DNA of 64,000 bases from contig OZ024741.1 in the NCBI GenBank assembly GCA_964016885.1, forward strand, positions 63,736,001-63,800,000, given 5' to 3'. Below the pieces are notes generated by a model, which ran no database searches, was not told the origin of the DNA, and saw only the letters and a list, made by a program, of their open reading frames with translations. The DNA is from Eledone cirrhosa (Eukaryota). The translations under genes were made by a program, and so were the position numbers. Below are positions 27,322 to 40,309 of the stretch, in pieces. Positions within the stretch are counted from its first letter, which is position 1; each line of letters starts with the position of its first letter.

Positions 27322-29580
27322 TTGCAAAAATTAATAATGGAATTCTATAGAATTTATTCTTCGTTAAAGGATGTACCCTTACCTAAAAATAAGGAATATC
27401 TAAAACAACTCATAGAAAAATCAGACTCCTTCATAAGAAGACTTAGATGGCGTGCTTTCCATTTTGATATAAAATCGGAAAACAAAATAAATAAAACCAA
27501 GTACAATTTTGATCTTATTTTCAAATCTAAGAAAAATCCACCTTGCAACAAACTACTAGCCGAATTCAAAAACGAAATAATCTCCATCATACAGAACATT
27601 AAATTTAAAAGGAACCAATTTATTGGCCAGGATTACCTTAAAGGCCTCAAAAACAAAATAGACAGTCTAGAAAAAATAAAGAAGATCCTTGTAAAATCTG
27701 ACAAAACCAATAATTTATATGGTATGGAAAAGGACGAGTATAATAACCTAATACTGAAGGAACTCAGGAAAAACTACAAATGAAGATCTTTCAACCCTAA
27801 ATAGAGACGCTTCGGAAATTATTTATAAATTAGGCATTCAAAATAAGACAGAACCCTTTATACCTAGAAAACCGAAGATTAATTTGAAGGACCACAAAAG
27901 AAATTTTGAAGTAGAACTACCAGTCAGACTCATTGCACCATCTAAATCTGACTTAGGCATAATTAGAAAGCATATACTAGATAGAATTATACAACTACTT
28001 AAAGAAAAATCACACCTTAAACTATGGAACGGTACTAATGAAATAATAGATTGGTTTAAAAACATAAAATTAAAACATAAGAAAAATTATTTCAAATGGA
28101 AATTACAAATTACTACTCCTCTATTACCCCTAGATTACATAATAAGGCACTTATTTACGCTTCTAAACATACAGACATATCTGGTGAAGAAATGAATATC
28201 ATTCTAACCGCACGTAAAACTCTAATAGAATGTAATAACCATCTCTGAACAAGAGCCGACAGATCAATCAATTTTGATATTATTATGGGATCATCTGGCT
28301 CGGCGCAAGTAACAGACATCGTTGGATTATTTATTAATAATGTACTGCATAGAAAAATGCCAGAGATGACCGGAGGTATATATCGGGACGATATGTTACT
28401 TTTAATTGAAAACCATAGCAATAGTGAAATTAATCGGAAAAAGAAATCCATAATACAGTTTTTCAACAACTACAACCTTAATTTAGAAATCGAGAATAAT
28501 TATAAAATCGTTAACTTTTTAGATGTATCTTTAAACCTTAGCTCAAGTCTTTATTATACATTCCATAAAAATAATGAAAATGTAAATTACGTAAGTTTAA
28601 ATTCTAATCATCCTAGAAATATAAAAAATATTATTGTCAATAGTGTCCAGCAACGGATTTCACGCATCTCCGATAATAAAAATATTTTTGATGATAAGGC
28701 AGAATATTACAATGAGGCTTTACAGAGAGCAGGATACTCCAATAAAATTAAATACTTAGACAGCAATAACATGATAAATCATCCTAAAATTCATTATAAT
28801 AACAATAAGCAATTCAACTTAAATAGTAAACCAAACAAAAAAACTAGAACTAGAAATATTATTTGGTACTCTCCGCCATTCTCATTAGGCGTTAAAACAC
28901 CTGTAGCAAAACTATTTTTCAAAGCACTGGATAAGTGTTTTCCTAAAGCCCACAGATACCATTCTATTTTTAACAGACACACTATAAAACTATCTTACTC
29001 TACTACTATGAACATAGCACAAAATATAAATAGAATTAATAATAGAAACTTAAATTTAAACCTTAACCAGACAAATCAAGCTAACAATAATAATATTTCT
29101 AATAACAATATTCATACTAATAGTACCGTTCCTAGTAACAACAACTCCCGAAAATGTAACTGTAGAATTGAATCAAACTGCCCTTTACAAAACAATTGCT
29201 TAGACAAAAACTTAATTTATAAATGCACAATAAAAACTAGTGACAAAATATTTAACTATATAGGTGCCACTTCTACAAAATTCAAAGAACGCTGGTACAA
29301 CCACAAACATATTTAATAGGTCCGATAAAAAATCTTCCACTTCACTTTCACATCTAATTTGGAATTTAAAGGTCAATAACATAGACTATTCAATATCTTG
29401 GGGAACGATTTCGAAAGCACCTGCATACCGAAATATGGCTTCTCAAGAATCTGTCAATTGTGTATCGAGGACATTTTTTATATAATTAACTGTCAAAATT
29501 CTATTAATTTAAAAAGCGAAATATTTAATTCTTGCAGACATCGCCAAAAATCCACTTTCCGAAGTATTTTTAATCTATAA
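27322..29580 (+). pseudogene. PLE RT + GIY-YIG polyprotein, disrupted by frameshifts and stops (possibly Hydra clade; unverified)
   Basis: FIRRLRWRAFHF, VKSDKTNN, LKDHK..PVRLI, MGSSGSAQVTDIVG, IYRDD, VNFLDV, CNCRIESNCPLQNNC, LIYKC..YIGAT, CQLC, SCRH. Confidence 0.93.
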
Positions 29581-30786
29581 TATTCATTACACTTGACTAA
29601 TTCTTATACACCTTTAAATTGATCCTGTTATTTACTGAGATTTATTTAAACAAACTTTTAATTTCTTAAATAATTTTCTTAAATTTAGTATTTTTACCAA
29701 TTGATATTATTTTCCTAATGATACTCTTCATAATCTATTTTTTTATATTTATATATATATATATATATATATTTTTAGATTGATACTTTTTAATTGATAT
29801 TCTGAAAGATATCCTCTTTACGATAGTTCTTCTAAATGCACTCTCGACTTTCTAATAATACATTTTTCCTCTCTTTAATCTTCCAACTTTTTACACATCT
29901 TTCGACGTAGAAAATATATAATTGAAATTCTCATCCTTGAAAACATGTAATATAAAATACCCTATAATCTCACACAAAATAATATATAATATTCTCTACA
30001 TACTTTCCGCATTTTCTAAGAAAATTATTCATCAATTTTAATAGTTTAACAAATAATATTGCAGTTATCTTTTCCTTTACAATTGAGCAAACATAGACAT
30101 AATAACATGTATGATAAATTATGTAATTTCGCTAAATTAATAATGTTCTGAAAATATTTTCAATGTTTGGATGAAAATATTTGAAACTACAAATTGTTCT
30201 TCTCTTATAATTTGAACTACGCCTTTTTCTTAAATATGTATGTAAAATGTAAAATCAACATCCTTCGTAACTCATATTAGAAATGTAAACAAATAAATAA
30301 GTGTGTTTTATATTCATATAATCACCAATAATTTATACAATTAATAATCTATATAGATATTTACATACTTACAACCTGTTGCAATATAATAAGATAAAAT
30401 GTACTTACAACCAAAATTCTTCATATAATCTAATTGATTATATATATGATATTATAACTCATAATTTAGCTAAATATTTTTTTTCATTCTGGAATCATAT
30501 TCTACCACTCCAACAAACTTAATTCTTAACGTTTCAATCTTTTTAAATTCACGTAAATACAAGCTTTTCTTTCTACATGCATATATATCCTAATAATTAT
30601 CTAAATCTACCTAGCGTCTAAAAATAACGTTTTTTTTAGCCCTACGCCTCAATCTCATTTGAATATTCATCTTAATAATTTGAAATATTTGTTTTTTTCC
30701 TCTCTTCCCCCTTTTTCCTTTTACTATCCAGGTAAAACTTGAACCGTTAACGTCTGGATATCTCAATTTTTATAAAACAAATTTTG

Positions 30787-30847
30787 TATTTTATCTCATG
30801 AGAGCGTACCACAGTTTTGGTACCCTTGAAATATATATAATAGAATA
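30787..30847 (+). ncRNA. Hammerhead copy with core mutation (CTCATGA)
   Basis: tattttat-CTCATGA-gagcgtacca..tggtaccctt-GAAA-tatata-TA-atagaata. Confidence 0.7.
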
Positions 30848-30888
30848 AATATGGTTTTATAAATATAGTTCCCATTTATTAATATCAT

Positions 30889-30920
<32 letters not shown>

Positions 30921-30924
<4 letters not shown>

Positions 30925-32119
30925 GATATTAACAAATGGAAACTATATTTATAAAACCATATTTATTTCATTATACATATTTCAAGGACACCAAGTTAAA
31001 TTATGGCGTGCTTTCATCAGACAAAATATAATATAGATCAGTTTTATAAATAAATATTGACATACCCTTAAAAAATGCAACCATTGCTGTTGGAAGCTCC
31101 CGGATAGTGGAGTTGTTTAATTATATTATTATTAGTATTGGATATTTTTATTTGTAAAATAAGCCGTTGGGTTACAGAGAAAGAAAAAGATAAAGAAGGA
31201 GAGAGAGAAAAAGAGAGAGAGAGAGAAAAGAGAGAGAGATACCAAAACAACAGAGAGAGAAAGATATAAAGAGAGAGAGGAGACCGAGAGAAGAGGAGAG
31301 AACGAAAACTCTAAGTCATATCTTGTTGAGTTAACTTAACAATTGAGATGAAATGAATAAATAAAATTAGAAATGTTAATAATCATGAATGGAATATACA
31401 TATATAATATGAGAAATTAATCATTGTTTAAATATATTATATGTTTAGTTAATCATTTAAAAATTGAGATCAATATATTAAAAATTGGGATCTATACATT
31501 AAGAAATCCATATATTGCTAAAGAACTACATATCATATAACACGTATACACACGCAAAAATATATATAAATATATATACACATTTATAAAATACATAACA
31601 TATCTAACTACGTATATAATATATACACACAAAGCATAAAGGATTCTTTAATTTAATTTAAGATATAGGAATCTTAAAAATGTTATAATTGTTAAAATAT
31701 TAAAGGAAATTTTATGTTATACACACTTTATGTTATTAAACAAAATTTTTTATATAAGTTTTATAAGATTCTCTCTCTGTTGTTTTTGTCTCTCTCTCTC
31801 TCTCTTTTCTCTCTCTCTCTCTCTCTTTTTTTCTCTCTCTCCTTCTTTATCTTTTTCTTTCTCTGTAACCCAACGGCTTATATTAAAAATAAAAATATCC
31901 AATACTAATAATAATATAATTAAACAACTCCACTATCCGGGAGCTTCCAACAGTAATGGTTGCGTTTTTTAAGGGTATGTCGATATTTATTTATAAAACT
32001 GATCTATATTATATTTTGTTTGATGAAAGCACACCATAATTTAACTTGGTGTCCTTGAAATATGTATAATGAAATAAATATGGTTTTATAAATATAGTTT
32101 CCATTTGTTAATATCGTAT
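30921..32119. mobile_element. ORF-less element with ~340-bp inverted pLTR arms
   Basis: Arms 30921-31260 and 31770-32119. HHR intact on minus (30964-31028) and TTGATGA-mutated on plus (32012-32076). Confidence 0.88.
30964..31028 (-). ncRNA. Type I hammerhead ribozyme
   Basis: Reverse complement: tattttgt-CTGATGA-aagcacgcca..tggtgtcctt-GAAA-tatgta-TA-atgaaata. Confidence 0.82.
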
Positions 32120-32677
32120 GTTTACTCCTAATATGTAATATCACTTACATATAAGAATATATGAATAATGATCAGAATAATGGGCAATATAAGTAAAATG
32201 GCCTGGCCTGTCAACATATATTTATGGGGATGGTATATTCATGTATAACGGGATTATTTAGTTATACATAGCTATACATAAGTGCGGATATCTACAAATA
32301 CGCATAAATATGCAGAAATTAGTTTGTAAAAATATATTTAAACATTCATATCGGAATGAATGTGGAAAGGATTATACTCTAAAAAGAACAAGAAGGAAAA
32401 GAACCGTAGCTACCTCCTTTCTCTCCACTCAATAGTAGAAGAGGAAAACACAATTTCACCAGCTCTTAGCTTCCAGTTTATAAATGGTGGTGGATTCAGG
32501 GAAAGATAACATTTGTAATGTACTGTTAAATAATACAAAACTAGATAATAAATATCAGGTATGATATGCATTATAAAGTTTCAATAAAAAATGATCTTAC
32601 TATTTTTATATAGTATACAATTTCTCTATTTAAACTTTATAATGGATATTGTGTATTTCAAGCATTATTTGATTATA

Positions 32678-32865
32678 GGGCGGTGGATTGGCAGTATCAG
32701 TAAAGCGTCAAATACCATGCTTTGCAGCATAGAGTTATGGCCTTTTACGTTCTGAGTTCAAATCCCACCGAGGTTAACTTTGCCTGTCATCCTTACGGTA
32801 TCGATAAAATAAAGCACCAGTAATGCACTGGAGTAATTGCTGGCCTTGTGTCAAACGTAGAACCA
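32678..32865 (+). mobile_element. tRNA-derived SINE
   Basis: Full family consensus from gggcggtggattggcag to gtagaacc. Confidence 0.9.
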
Positions 32866-33144
32866 AATAGAAACATTTATTTGATTAGAGAGTATTGAAG
32901 TTTGCTTGAAGTATTGTGGAACAATAAGTAAATATCTTTAAGTCGTTTGGAAGCCTCGACAATGCAAATGGGTAAATCTCCAGGTAACAAGGTCCGGTGG
33001 TGGAGAGAGAGATGTAAGTGGGTGTACGTTGAGATGCGTGGTGTGTATAAGATGTGTGAGATGTGTAGAATGAAGGGAAGAGTATAAAGGATAAAATAGA
33101 AATAACAACACAAGAGAGAGTTACCTTGGGAGAGATTTAATAGT

Positions 33145-33181
33145 CCCTATATATTTCGGATTCACATCCATCAACTGGGGG
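33145..33181 (-). ncRNA. Variant hammerhead-like motif
   Basis: Reverse complement: ccc-ccagttga-t-ggat-gtga-atcc-GAAA-tata-TA-ggg. Non-canonical core. Confidence 0.45.
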
Positions 33182-33750
33182 TTTTTTCCGGGGTGGGGGA
33201 AAAGGTTGTCTGTCGGACAAGTCCGGAACGCGTCCTTCGGTGTTTGTTGTTTTGAATATTTCATATACATTTTCTACACGTTTCACCTATCATCTATAAA
33301 CTAACATATCCCCTAGAAAATGTTTATCTTTGACCCCAAGTGCTTTTTAGTCAAGTTTTCTTCCCTCGTACTATTAAAAACATTTCATTTTAGTTAATTT
33401 GAACAAATTTCGAAATTTAAACACGAATCTTAATTTTGTTGAAGTTAAATGCTAAACCTTCTATTCAAGTTCATCCTTTACCGCTTGCTTTTGGCATCAG
33501 AAATATTTTCAGTCGTTTTTGCTGATACATCAATTTACCACAAATATGTAACAAATAAATTTTGTGTTTAAATTTACATTTGAATATCTTCTACGTATCC
33601 CAACATAGAATTTAACGCTTTTATATTTAGCTTATTCCATTTATATACTTGATCTAACATACATTTCTTCCACTTCCTCGACTTCTTTTTGTTCTTGTCG
33701 AGTATTCATACATATATTAGCACTGCCATGATCATTTTTCGAATTATAAG

Positions 33751-33918
<168 letters not shown>

Positions 33919-33923
33919 TTCTT

Positions 33924-33958
<35 letters not shown>

Positions 33959-34025
33959 TTCTCTCTCCCGCTCTCTCTCTCCCGCTCTCCCTCTCTCTCT
34001 CCCGCTCTCTCACTCTCTCTCACTC

Positions 34026-34134
<109 letters not shown>

Positions 34135-34515
34135 CAACCTATATGTTTCTTTCTGCGTATAAACACATATATATATACATAATTATATAGCTATATATAT
34201 ATATCAATTTAAGAATGACCTGTAGTATCTATTTCATACTATTAACCTTAATTGAATATATATCTGACCAGGAATGCCTTTTGTGAAAATCAGTCATATT
34301 GAACTATTGTCATCTTGCCCGACGGTTTGAACTTTACAAAACCACCTGCCTCTTTGAGGTCAAATACCAACCTACTACCATCTACAAACTGACCAATGAG
34401 AATCAAGACTATTCCTGCTGACAACATTAAATTATTCCTAAGAAGCTCATATGTCCCAAGGCTCTGATACCATCAACACTATAAACACAGAGCTGGCATA
34501 TCTAAGAACTGACTA

Positions 34516-34571
34516 ACTGCCTGATGAGGTCATAGCCATTCAATGGCTATCATCGAAATATATATAGCAGT
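34516..34571 (+). ncRNA. Type I hammerhead ribozyme (solo pLTR remnant)
   Basis: actgc-CTGATGA-ggt-c-atagcca-ttcaa-tggctat-c-atc-GAAA-tatata-TA-gcagt. (TA)n lies ~45 bp downstream. Confidence 0.88.
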
Positions 34572-34612
34572 AAATAAAGGATTATGAGTTCATGCAATTG
34601 ACTTATGTTTCG

Positions 34613-34754
<142 letters not shown>

Positions 34755-34950
34755 TTACTTCAATTTTGTGATATTTCTGATACACTCATCGCTCCAATCC
34801 TTTTGAATTATCTTTACATTCATAAATATGAGCCAATTCGGTTTTCTGAAATAAACGGGAAGCAGTGCCAAGGACAGGTAACACTTTACATCTTTGTCTA
34901 TCTAACTATTTCTGTAGTTCTGTCGCTCCTTCCCTATTTATTTCTCTCTC

Positions 34951-35006
<56 letters not shown>

Positions 35007-35009
<3 letters not shown>

Positions 35010-35129
35010 CGCACCCATTTCCCTGCTGCTACTTCCGCTGTCTTCTCGCGTACTGCTGCTGCTGTTTCCGTCAGAATAACTGACAGCCTCTTTTCTGCCG
35101 ACCACGGTTCGACGTAAACGTCCTTCCAT
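35007..35129 (-). CDS. Possible host first coding exon (unidentified)
   Basis: gcaATGg start, MEGRLRRTVVGRKEAVSYSDGNSSSSTREDSGSSSREMG, then donor-like gtgcgt/gtaaga. CpG-rich unique sequence. Confidence 0.25.
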
Positions 35130-35206
35130 TGCTGTCTTGTCTTATTTTGTTTCTCTTTATACCAACAGAAATGTTGACTCTGTTGCGCGTGCTAACCTTC
35201 AATGCA

Positions 35207-35268
<62 letters not shown>

Positions 35269-35279
35269 CCTTCAATGCA

Positions 35280-35361
<82 letters not shown>

Positions 35362-35374
35362 CCTTCAATGCATG

Positions 35375-35405
<31 letters not shown>

Positions 35406-35648
35406 TTCCCACTTTTCATCTCTTCACTCTTTCTCTCTCTCTCTGCATTGCTCTCGTTTTTTTCATACGCTTTAGACTCTCTTTCTTTCATTCTATCCCT
35501 CTCTTCCTCCCTCTTCCAATCTTATGAGATTATATTTTAAACGGGGTTTTTGCTATGCATGATAGCAGCTAGCTGTTTTCACAGCTACCTCCGCCTTTGA
35601 GATTAAAACAATTTTGTGACACACACACTCACACACGCGCGCGCGCGC

Positions 35649-35690
<42 letters not shown>

Positions 35691-35751
35691 GAAAAGGGGT
35701 GTAAAGTTCCATATAAATCAAAAGTTATAGGTAAAGAGAAAAGAGAAAGAG

Positions 35752-36013
35752 AAAAAATACAGGGATATATTTACAGATTATTTTTTATATGATAGGACAG
35801 AATGAAGGTTTTTATAATTTTTACATTGAATGGATTTATATTTTCTCAAATATTACCGCTTTCAATTGGCATGTTAATACTGTCAAATATTAAAAATATC
35901 TAATATTTGATAAGATTGGCATACTAATCGAATCCAGTAAAATCCATTTAATCTAATGGTTATATACATTCTGTCCAATAAAGATAATCATTAAATATAA
36001 CCCCGTGCTTTTT
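35752..36013. repeat. Decayed palindrome/foldback between microsatellites
   Basis: ggacagaatg..tgtcaaatatta / taatatttgata..cattctgtcc. Confidence 0.7.
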
Positions 36014-36038
36014 ACCTTCTACACACACACACGTACAC

Positions 36039-36090
<52 letters not shown>

Positions 36091-36374
36091 TTTTCCTAGA
36101 GTGCTTAAAATTATTTGTGACTAATCCCGGTCTTTTTTTAAAAAAACCGCGATGATATTGCTATTTTGCTGAACTCCTTACACTTGTAGAGTTTTTTTTC
36201 GGAATGTTTTTTAACTGCTGTTTCCTATAAACAGACATTCGTCTCATTCTGACGTCACCAGCCATGTCTCTCGATGTGCGTTTATTTTTCATAATTACGT
36301 ACGAGGTGAATTAGCCTGTCTTTAAATTCCCTTTTTGGCATATTCTACAGTGGATTTAGGGTTATCGTGTTTGA

Positions 36375-36454
36375 GCTCTGCTGATGAACGATTCCAACCG
36401 TGACCATCCCCACTGAAAGTTTCGCGAAATAGTCTTTTTAAGACTATACAGAGC
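36375..36454 (+). ncRNA. Type I hammerhead with a full stem III hairpin
   Basis: gctctg-CTGATGA-acga..tcgc-GAAA-tagtctt-ttt-aagacta-TA-cagagc. Confidence 0.8.
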
Positions 36455-37189
36455 ATTTGTAGTTTTTCCAAATTGAAGGATGAGTATTTAAACATTTTAT
36501 TTTATTCTGAGTTAAGGCTCTATTGATTTTTCCCTGGATTTCACAAAATTCTATGGAATAATCTATGTCTTGATTTTTTTTTTGATTGAGTTTGAATTAT
36601 TTTCCCACATCTTACGTTAACCATTTTTCTATTTTGACGTTATAGTCACTTATATATTATGAAATACTGTTGGCTTCACGCTCACAATAATTTCTATACT
36701 TTAATTTATATTTATTTAAAACAGCACCTACGTACGTTTGCCCAGTTGGGCTTCTCAAGGGCATAAATAACCAAAAGTGTTCCTTACATTGCTCGGAAAG
36801 AGTTTTTGGGGTTAAGTTCACGTCATGATTCATTGCCCGCAAAAATAGCGTGTTTTGATTTTGCAGCAGGTCAGGGGAGGTAACTTTGGCCGGTGTTAGG
36901 GCAGTCTTTCCCGGACAAATTTTTATCCGTTACAAGATGTGGTTACAACCTTACCATTGTCGATACGCACAGGGCCATGTAACCAACGCTTATTTTGAGC
37001 CGTTTGTTTTTCCGCACCTGTTTGCCTGGGAGGTTTGAGGCTGGGTGTGGTAGGCATGGTTAGTTTCCTGGGTGTTATTTTGCAGCGCCTGCCCGCCAGG
37101 GTGTTAAAACTTATTGCAGGGAGATCCGGTGCACGGTTTCACTCCTCATCCTTAACCCATCTGAAGAAGGATATTTTTTAGTGATGTGT

Positions 37190-37605
37190 TCAACTTATTG
37201 CTGCTTCAGCTCTGCTGTTGATGAGCTCGTGGGGTACAGTTATGATGTGGTAGAGCTCCATGAGGCAAAGATCGCACTTCCTCTTGAAGTTGAACGGTGT
37301 AGCCCTGCCGACAATATCCCAGTGCGTGGAGAAGCTGATGTTTAAGTCATTTAGTGATGTGATGTAGTCCGCGAGCGAAGTGGAGTGTCTTAATTTCTTA
37401 TTTGTGAAAGAGTGGAGATGTGTTCGAAACCTAATTTTGAACGGGCCGGAGGTAGCCCCTATATAATGTTTAACGCTATTGTGGCTAGTTACAGTGCATC
37501 TATATATAACCCTATCACTCTTTCCGAGCAATGTAAGGAACACTTTTGCTTATTTATGCCCTTAAGAAGCCCAACTGGGCGAAACGTACGTAGGTGCTGT
37601 TTTCA
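37190..37605 (-). pseudogene. PLE GIY-YIG endonuclease fragment
   Basis: VIYRCTVT..HYIGATSGPFKIRFRTH..STSLADYI..CDLC. 37518-37603 is an inverted copy of ~36718-36801. Confidence 0.85.
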
Positions 37606-37651
37606 ATAAACATGTTTTAACGGTCTATTCTCCGATTTCTTACTTTTCCAC

Positions 37652-37690
<39 letters not shown>

Positions 37691-37716
37691 GTATAATAAA
37701 CAATACAATATAATTA

Positions 37717-37784
37717 CCTCATTACCAGAGGTTTCCCGAATAAGACGAATACGAAAAACGTCCCCATTCGTTCGTCGGACAAGG
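37717..37784 (-). ncRNA. Hammerhead-like motif with CCGACGA core
   Basis: Reverse complement: ccttgt-CCGACGA-acgaat..attcgg-GAAAC-ctctg-GTA-atgagg. Confidence 0.6.
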
Positions 37785-38124
37785 CAATTTAAAACATAGT
37801 GAAATATTTGAAAAGTCTCCTTAAGAAATGCAAGAGTTTAACGGGCAAAAAATATATAAATAAAAGTAATGCAAGAGATATATAAAAAAAATAAGGAAAT
37901 ATAGTTAGGGTATGTGTATATGTATGTATATACACTCACAAATGTACATATGTGTGTATGTACAAATGCATGTTTAAGGTGAAAATGTGTGCATAAGTAC
38001 ATATATGAGGGCAAGTATATTTGTGTATATGTGACCACAAATACGTATATAATATGAGTTGAAAAAGAAATTGTAAGATAATATATATATATATATATAA
38101 ATATATATATATACTGCAACATGC

Positions 38125-38400
38125 AGTTACGTTCCTTCACGTTTTGAGTTCAAATCCCACTGGGATTAGCTTTGTCTTTCATCATTACGGAGTCGATAAA
38201 TATAGCACCAGTAATACACTGGGGTCGATTCAATCGACTTTCCCCCTTCAAATTGCTGGCCTTGTGCCTAAAGCAGAAACAAATATTATTATTATTAGTA
38301 GTAGTTAACTTTGCCTTTCATCCTTATGGGGTCGATAAAATAAAGTACCAGTAATACACTGGGTAATTGCTGGCCTTGTGCCAAAAGTAGAAACAATTAT
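38125..38400 (+). mobile_element. Two tandem 5'-truncated SINEs
   Basis: Family core and tail occur twice. Confidence 0.85.
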
Positions 38401-38460
38401 TATTAGTAGTAGTATCCTTCTCCTTCTTTTTGTCGTTTATTCCTACATATTTTTTTTAAA

Positions 38461-38760
38461 TTGAATTAATTTAGCTACTCTTACCATATTTTTTTGGCTA
38501 CAGAAAATTATATAATAAAGAAGTTTACGGAAAAAATGGGTATCAGTGCGCGTGGAAATCGATCGACACATTTTCTTTTTGCGATCAGTGTGCGGCGTAT
38601 TACGTCAACTTTGGTGTAATAGGCTAGCAGACTTACTACGTAACTAAGCGTTGTGGGTTCGATTACCACACATGCTAATACCCATTTTTCCCCGTCCCGG
38701 GGACTTTTATGACTATTTTTTTGTAGTTAAATGATATGGAGAAAACTGCTAATTCTATTC
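38461..38760. mobile_element. Old foldback element containing a tRNA-like sequence
   Basis: Arms aaaaatgggtatcagtg / catgctaatacccattttt. A-box tggtgtaatagg (38612), B-box ggttcgattacc. Confidence 0.6.
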
Positions 38761-39874
38761 ATTTTCAAATCCCAATCGGCATCTTCCTTACACACGTAGT
38801 TTGTTTACACGCATCTATATGTATATATTTACATAATCATATCTAGATTATATTAATCAAATTAAATAAAAATATAAATATGTATATATATATATATGTG
38901 TGTGTGTGTATGTGTGTGTGTGTGTGTATGTGTGTATGCGCGCGTGTGTGTACGTGCGTGCGCGTGTACATGTGTACGTGTGTGTGAGCATGCGATGACC
39001 TAATTAAAAGTAATGGAAGAGCGTAGATGTGTTTAGGAGATTAATATGAATGAAGATCACCGAAAACAATGATTGATATTTTAATCTATAATTAAGGAAT
39101 GTGACAATAGATATTATCATTATGCAGATTCAATGCCTGGCGGCTAAGCTTGAGCTGTTTCGATGAAACCGAAACGGTCTAATCAAAGCGGTTCAAACTT
39201 AGCCGTCGGGCTAAGAAACCCAGTAATAATAATAGTTTCTAGTTTTGGCACAAGGCCAGCAATTATGCCACTGCTGCTTTATGTTATCGACCCCGTAAGG
39301 ATGAAAGGCAAAGGGCCAGGCCCGACTGACAGTACTTTCGTGTCTGGAGAGCTTATCTCGAACCGCCTATGTTTCCCGTGGCACAAACAATCCAGGGATC
39401 TCAAGAAGTTAACCATTGGGGTTGGGCCGAAAGTTTTCAAGAAGAGAGTGGCTAGTTGATTGTCTTCAACGCCCAGAGTCTCTCGAGAACGTCATCGTTA
39501 TTCCATGCCACCAATCCTCTATAGAGCGCCAAATGCTTGACTAGTTGAAGGCTGTAAGCTTTTGACGATATTGTAGTTGTCAAGTGCTACCTTTCGGTCA
39601 TTGCTTGGCTGTATGAGACGAACTGGGGAAACATGTGTTGGCAAACGGCGCGCGTGCATATTATTGATATATACTTATATTATATAGGTAGATATTATCC
39701 CATGAAGCCATACAGCTTCAACAGCAATCAACTGGAAACATATTGAATATATCTGTACATAAATTATATTTTGTATTCTTCCTGACATAACAAGTATATA
39801 TATTCTCACATTATTGATCAAATAGATTTTGTTTATGTTGTCTTGAAACTAACTCTGAATATATAGAGAATTTA

Positions 39875-39905
<31 letters not shown>

Positions 39906-39939
39906 CTTCTTCTTCTTCACATTAAGGCACAGAAGTGCT

Positions 39940-40290
39940 GTCAGACGGACCTTCCCGAGATGCGTGCAGAGCGACGAAACCGTTCTGCACGCACTCGTCC
40001 AGTTTCTGTGCATTACTGACTTGTGGAGTTATGTCAAAAGCTGTTTTCCCGTGTAGAACGGATCCGGCTTTCGGCCGAGTTCATAGTGAAGATCGACCCG
40101 CCGCCTTCTTTTGGCCAGGAAGGGCAGGCAATTTTCCTGCCTGGTGTCTGTTGCGAAAAATGTTTTGTGGTGGACCAGGTTGAAAGGACTGAAGACATAC
40201 ACGTTTCTCTTCGGTCAATCCCTCAGCAACTTCATCAAGTATCACTTGGAAAGGAAGGTGAGGGTGGAGAGAGAAGTGCTGCCCCACATT
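39940..40290 (+). mobile_element. Tx1/L1-like LINE C-terminal fragment
   Basis: PRCVQSDETVLHALVQ zinc-knuckle remnant, homologous to ~59430-59780. Confidence 0.75.
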
Positions 40291-40309
40291 AAATTTTTTT
40301 TTCAATACC

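Larger units (their letters stand above)
26820..30895 (+). mobile_element. Near full-length Penelope-like element with inverted 5' pLTR and direct 3' pLTR
   Basis: Foldback 26820-27274, ORF pieces 27322-29580, 3' pLTR ~30722-30895 matching the 5' repeat. (TA)n on both flanks. Confidence 0.93.

Noticed and set aside
27781-28248. In-frame TGA codons as selenocysteine (as in some Naiad PLEs)
   Set aside because: They are not at Cys positions (28246 looks like Trp>stop), the ORF also has frameshifts, and no SECIS was recognised.
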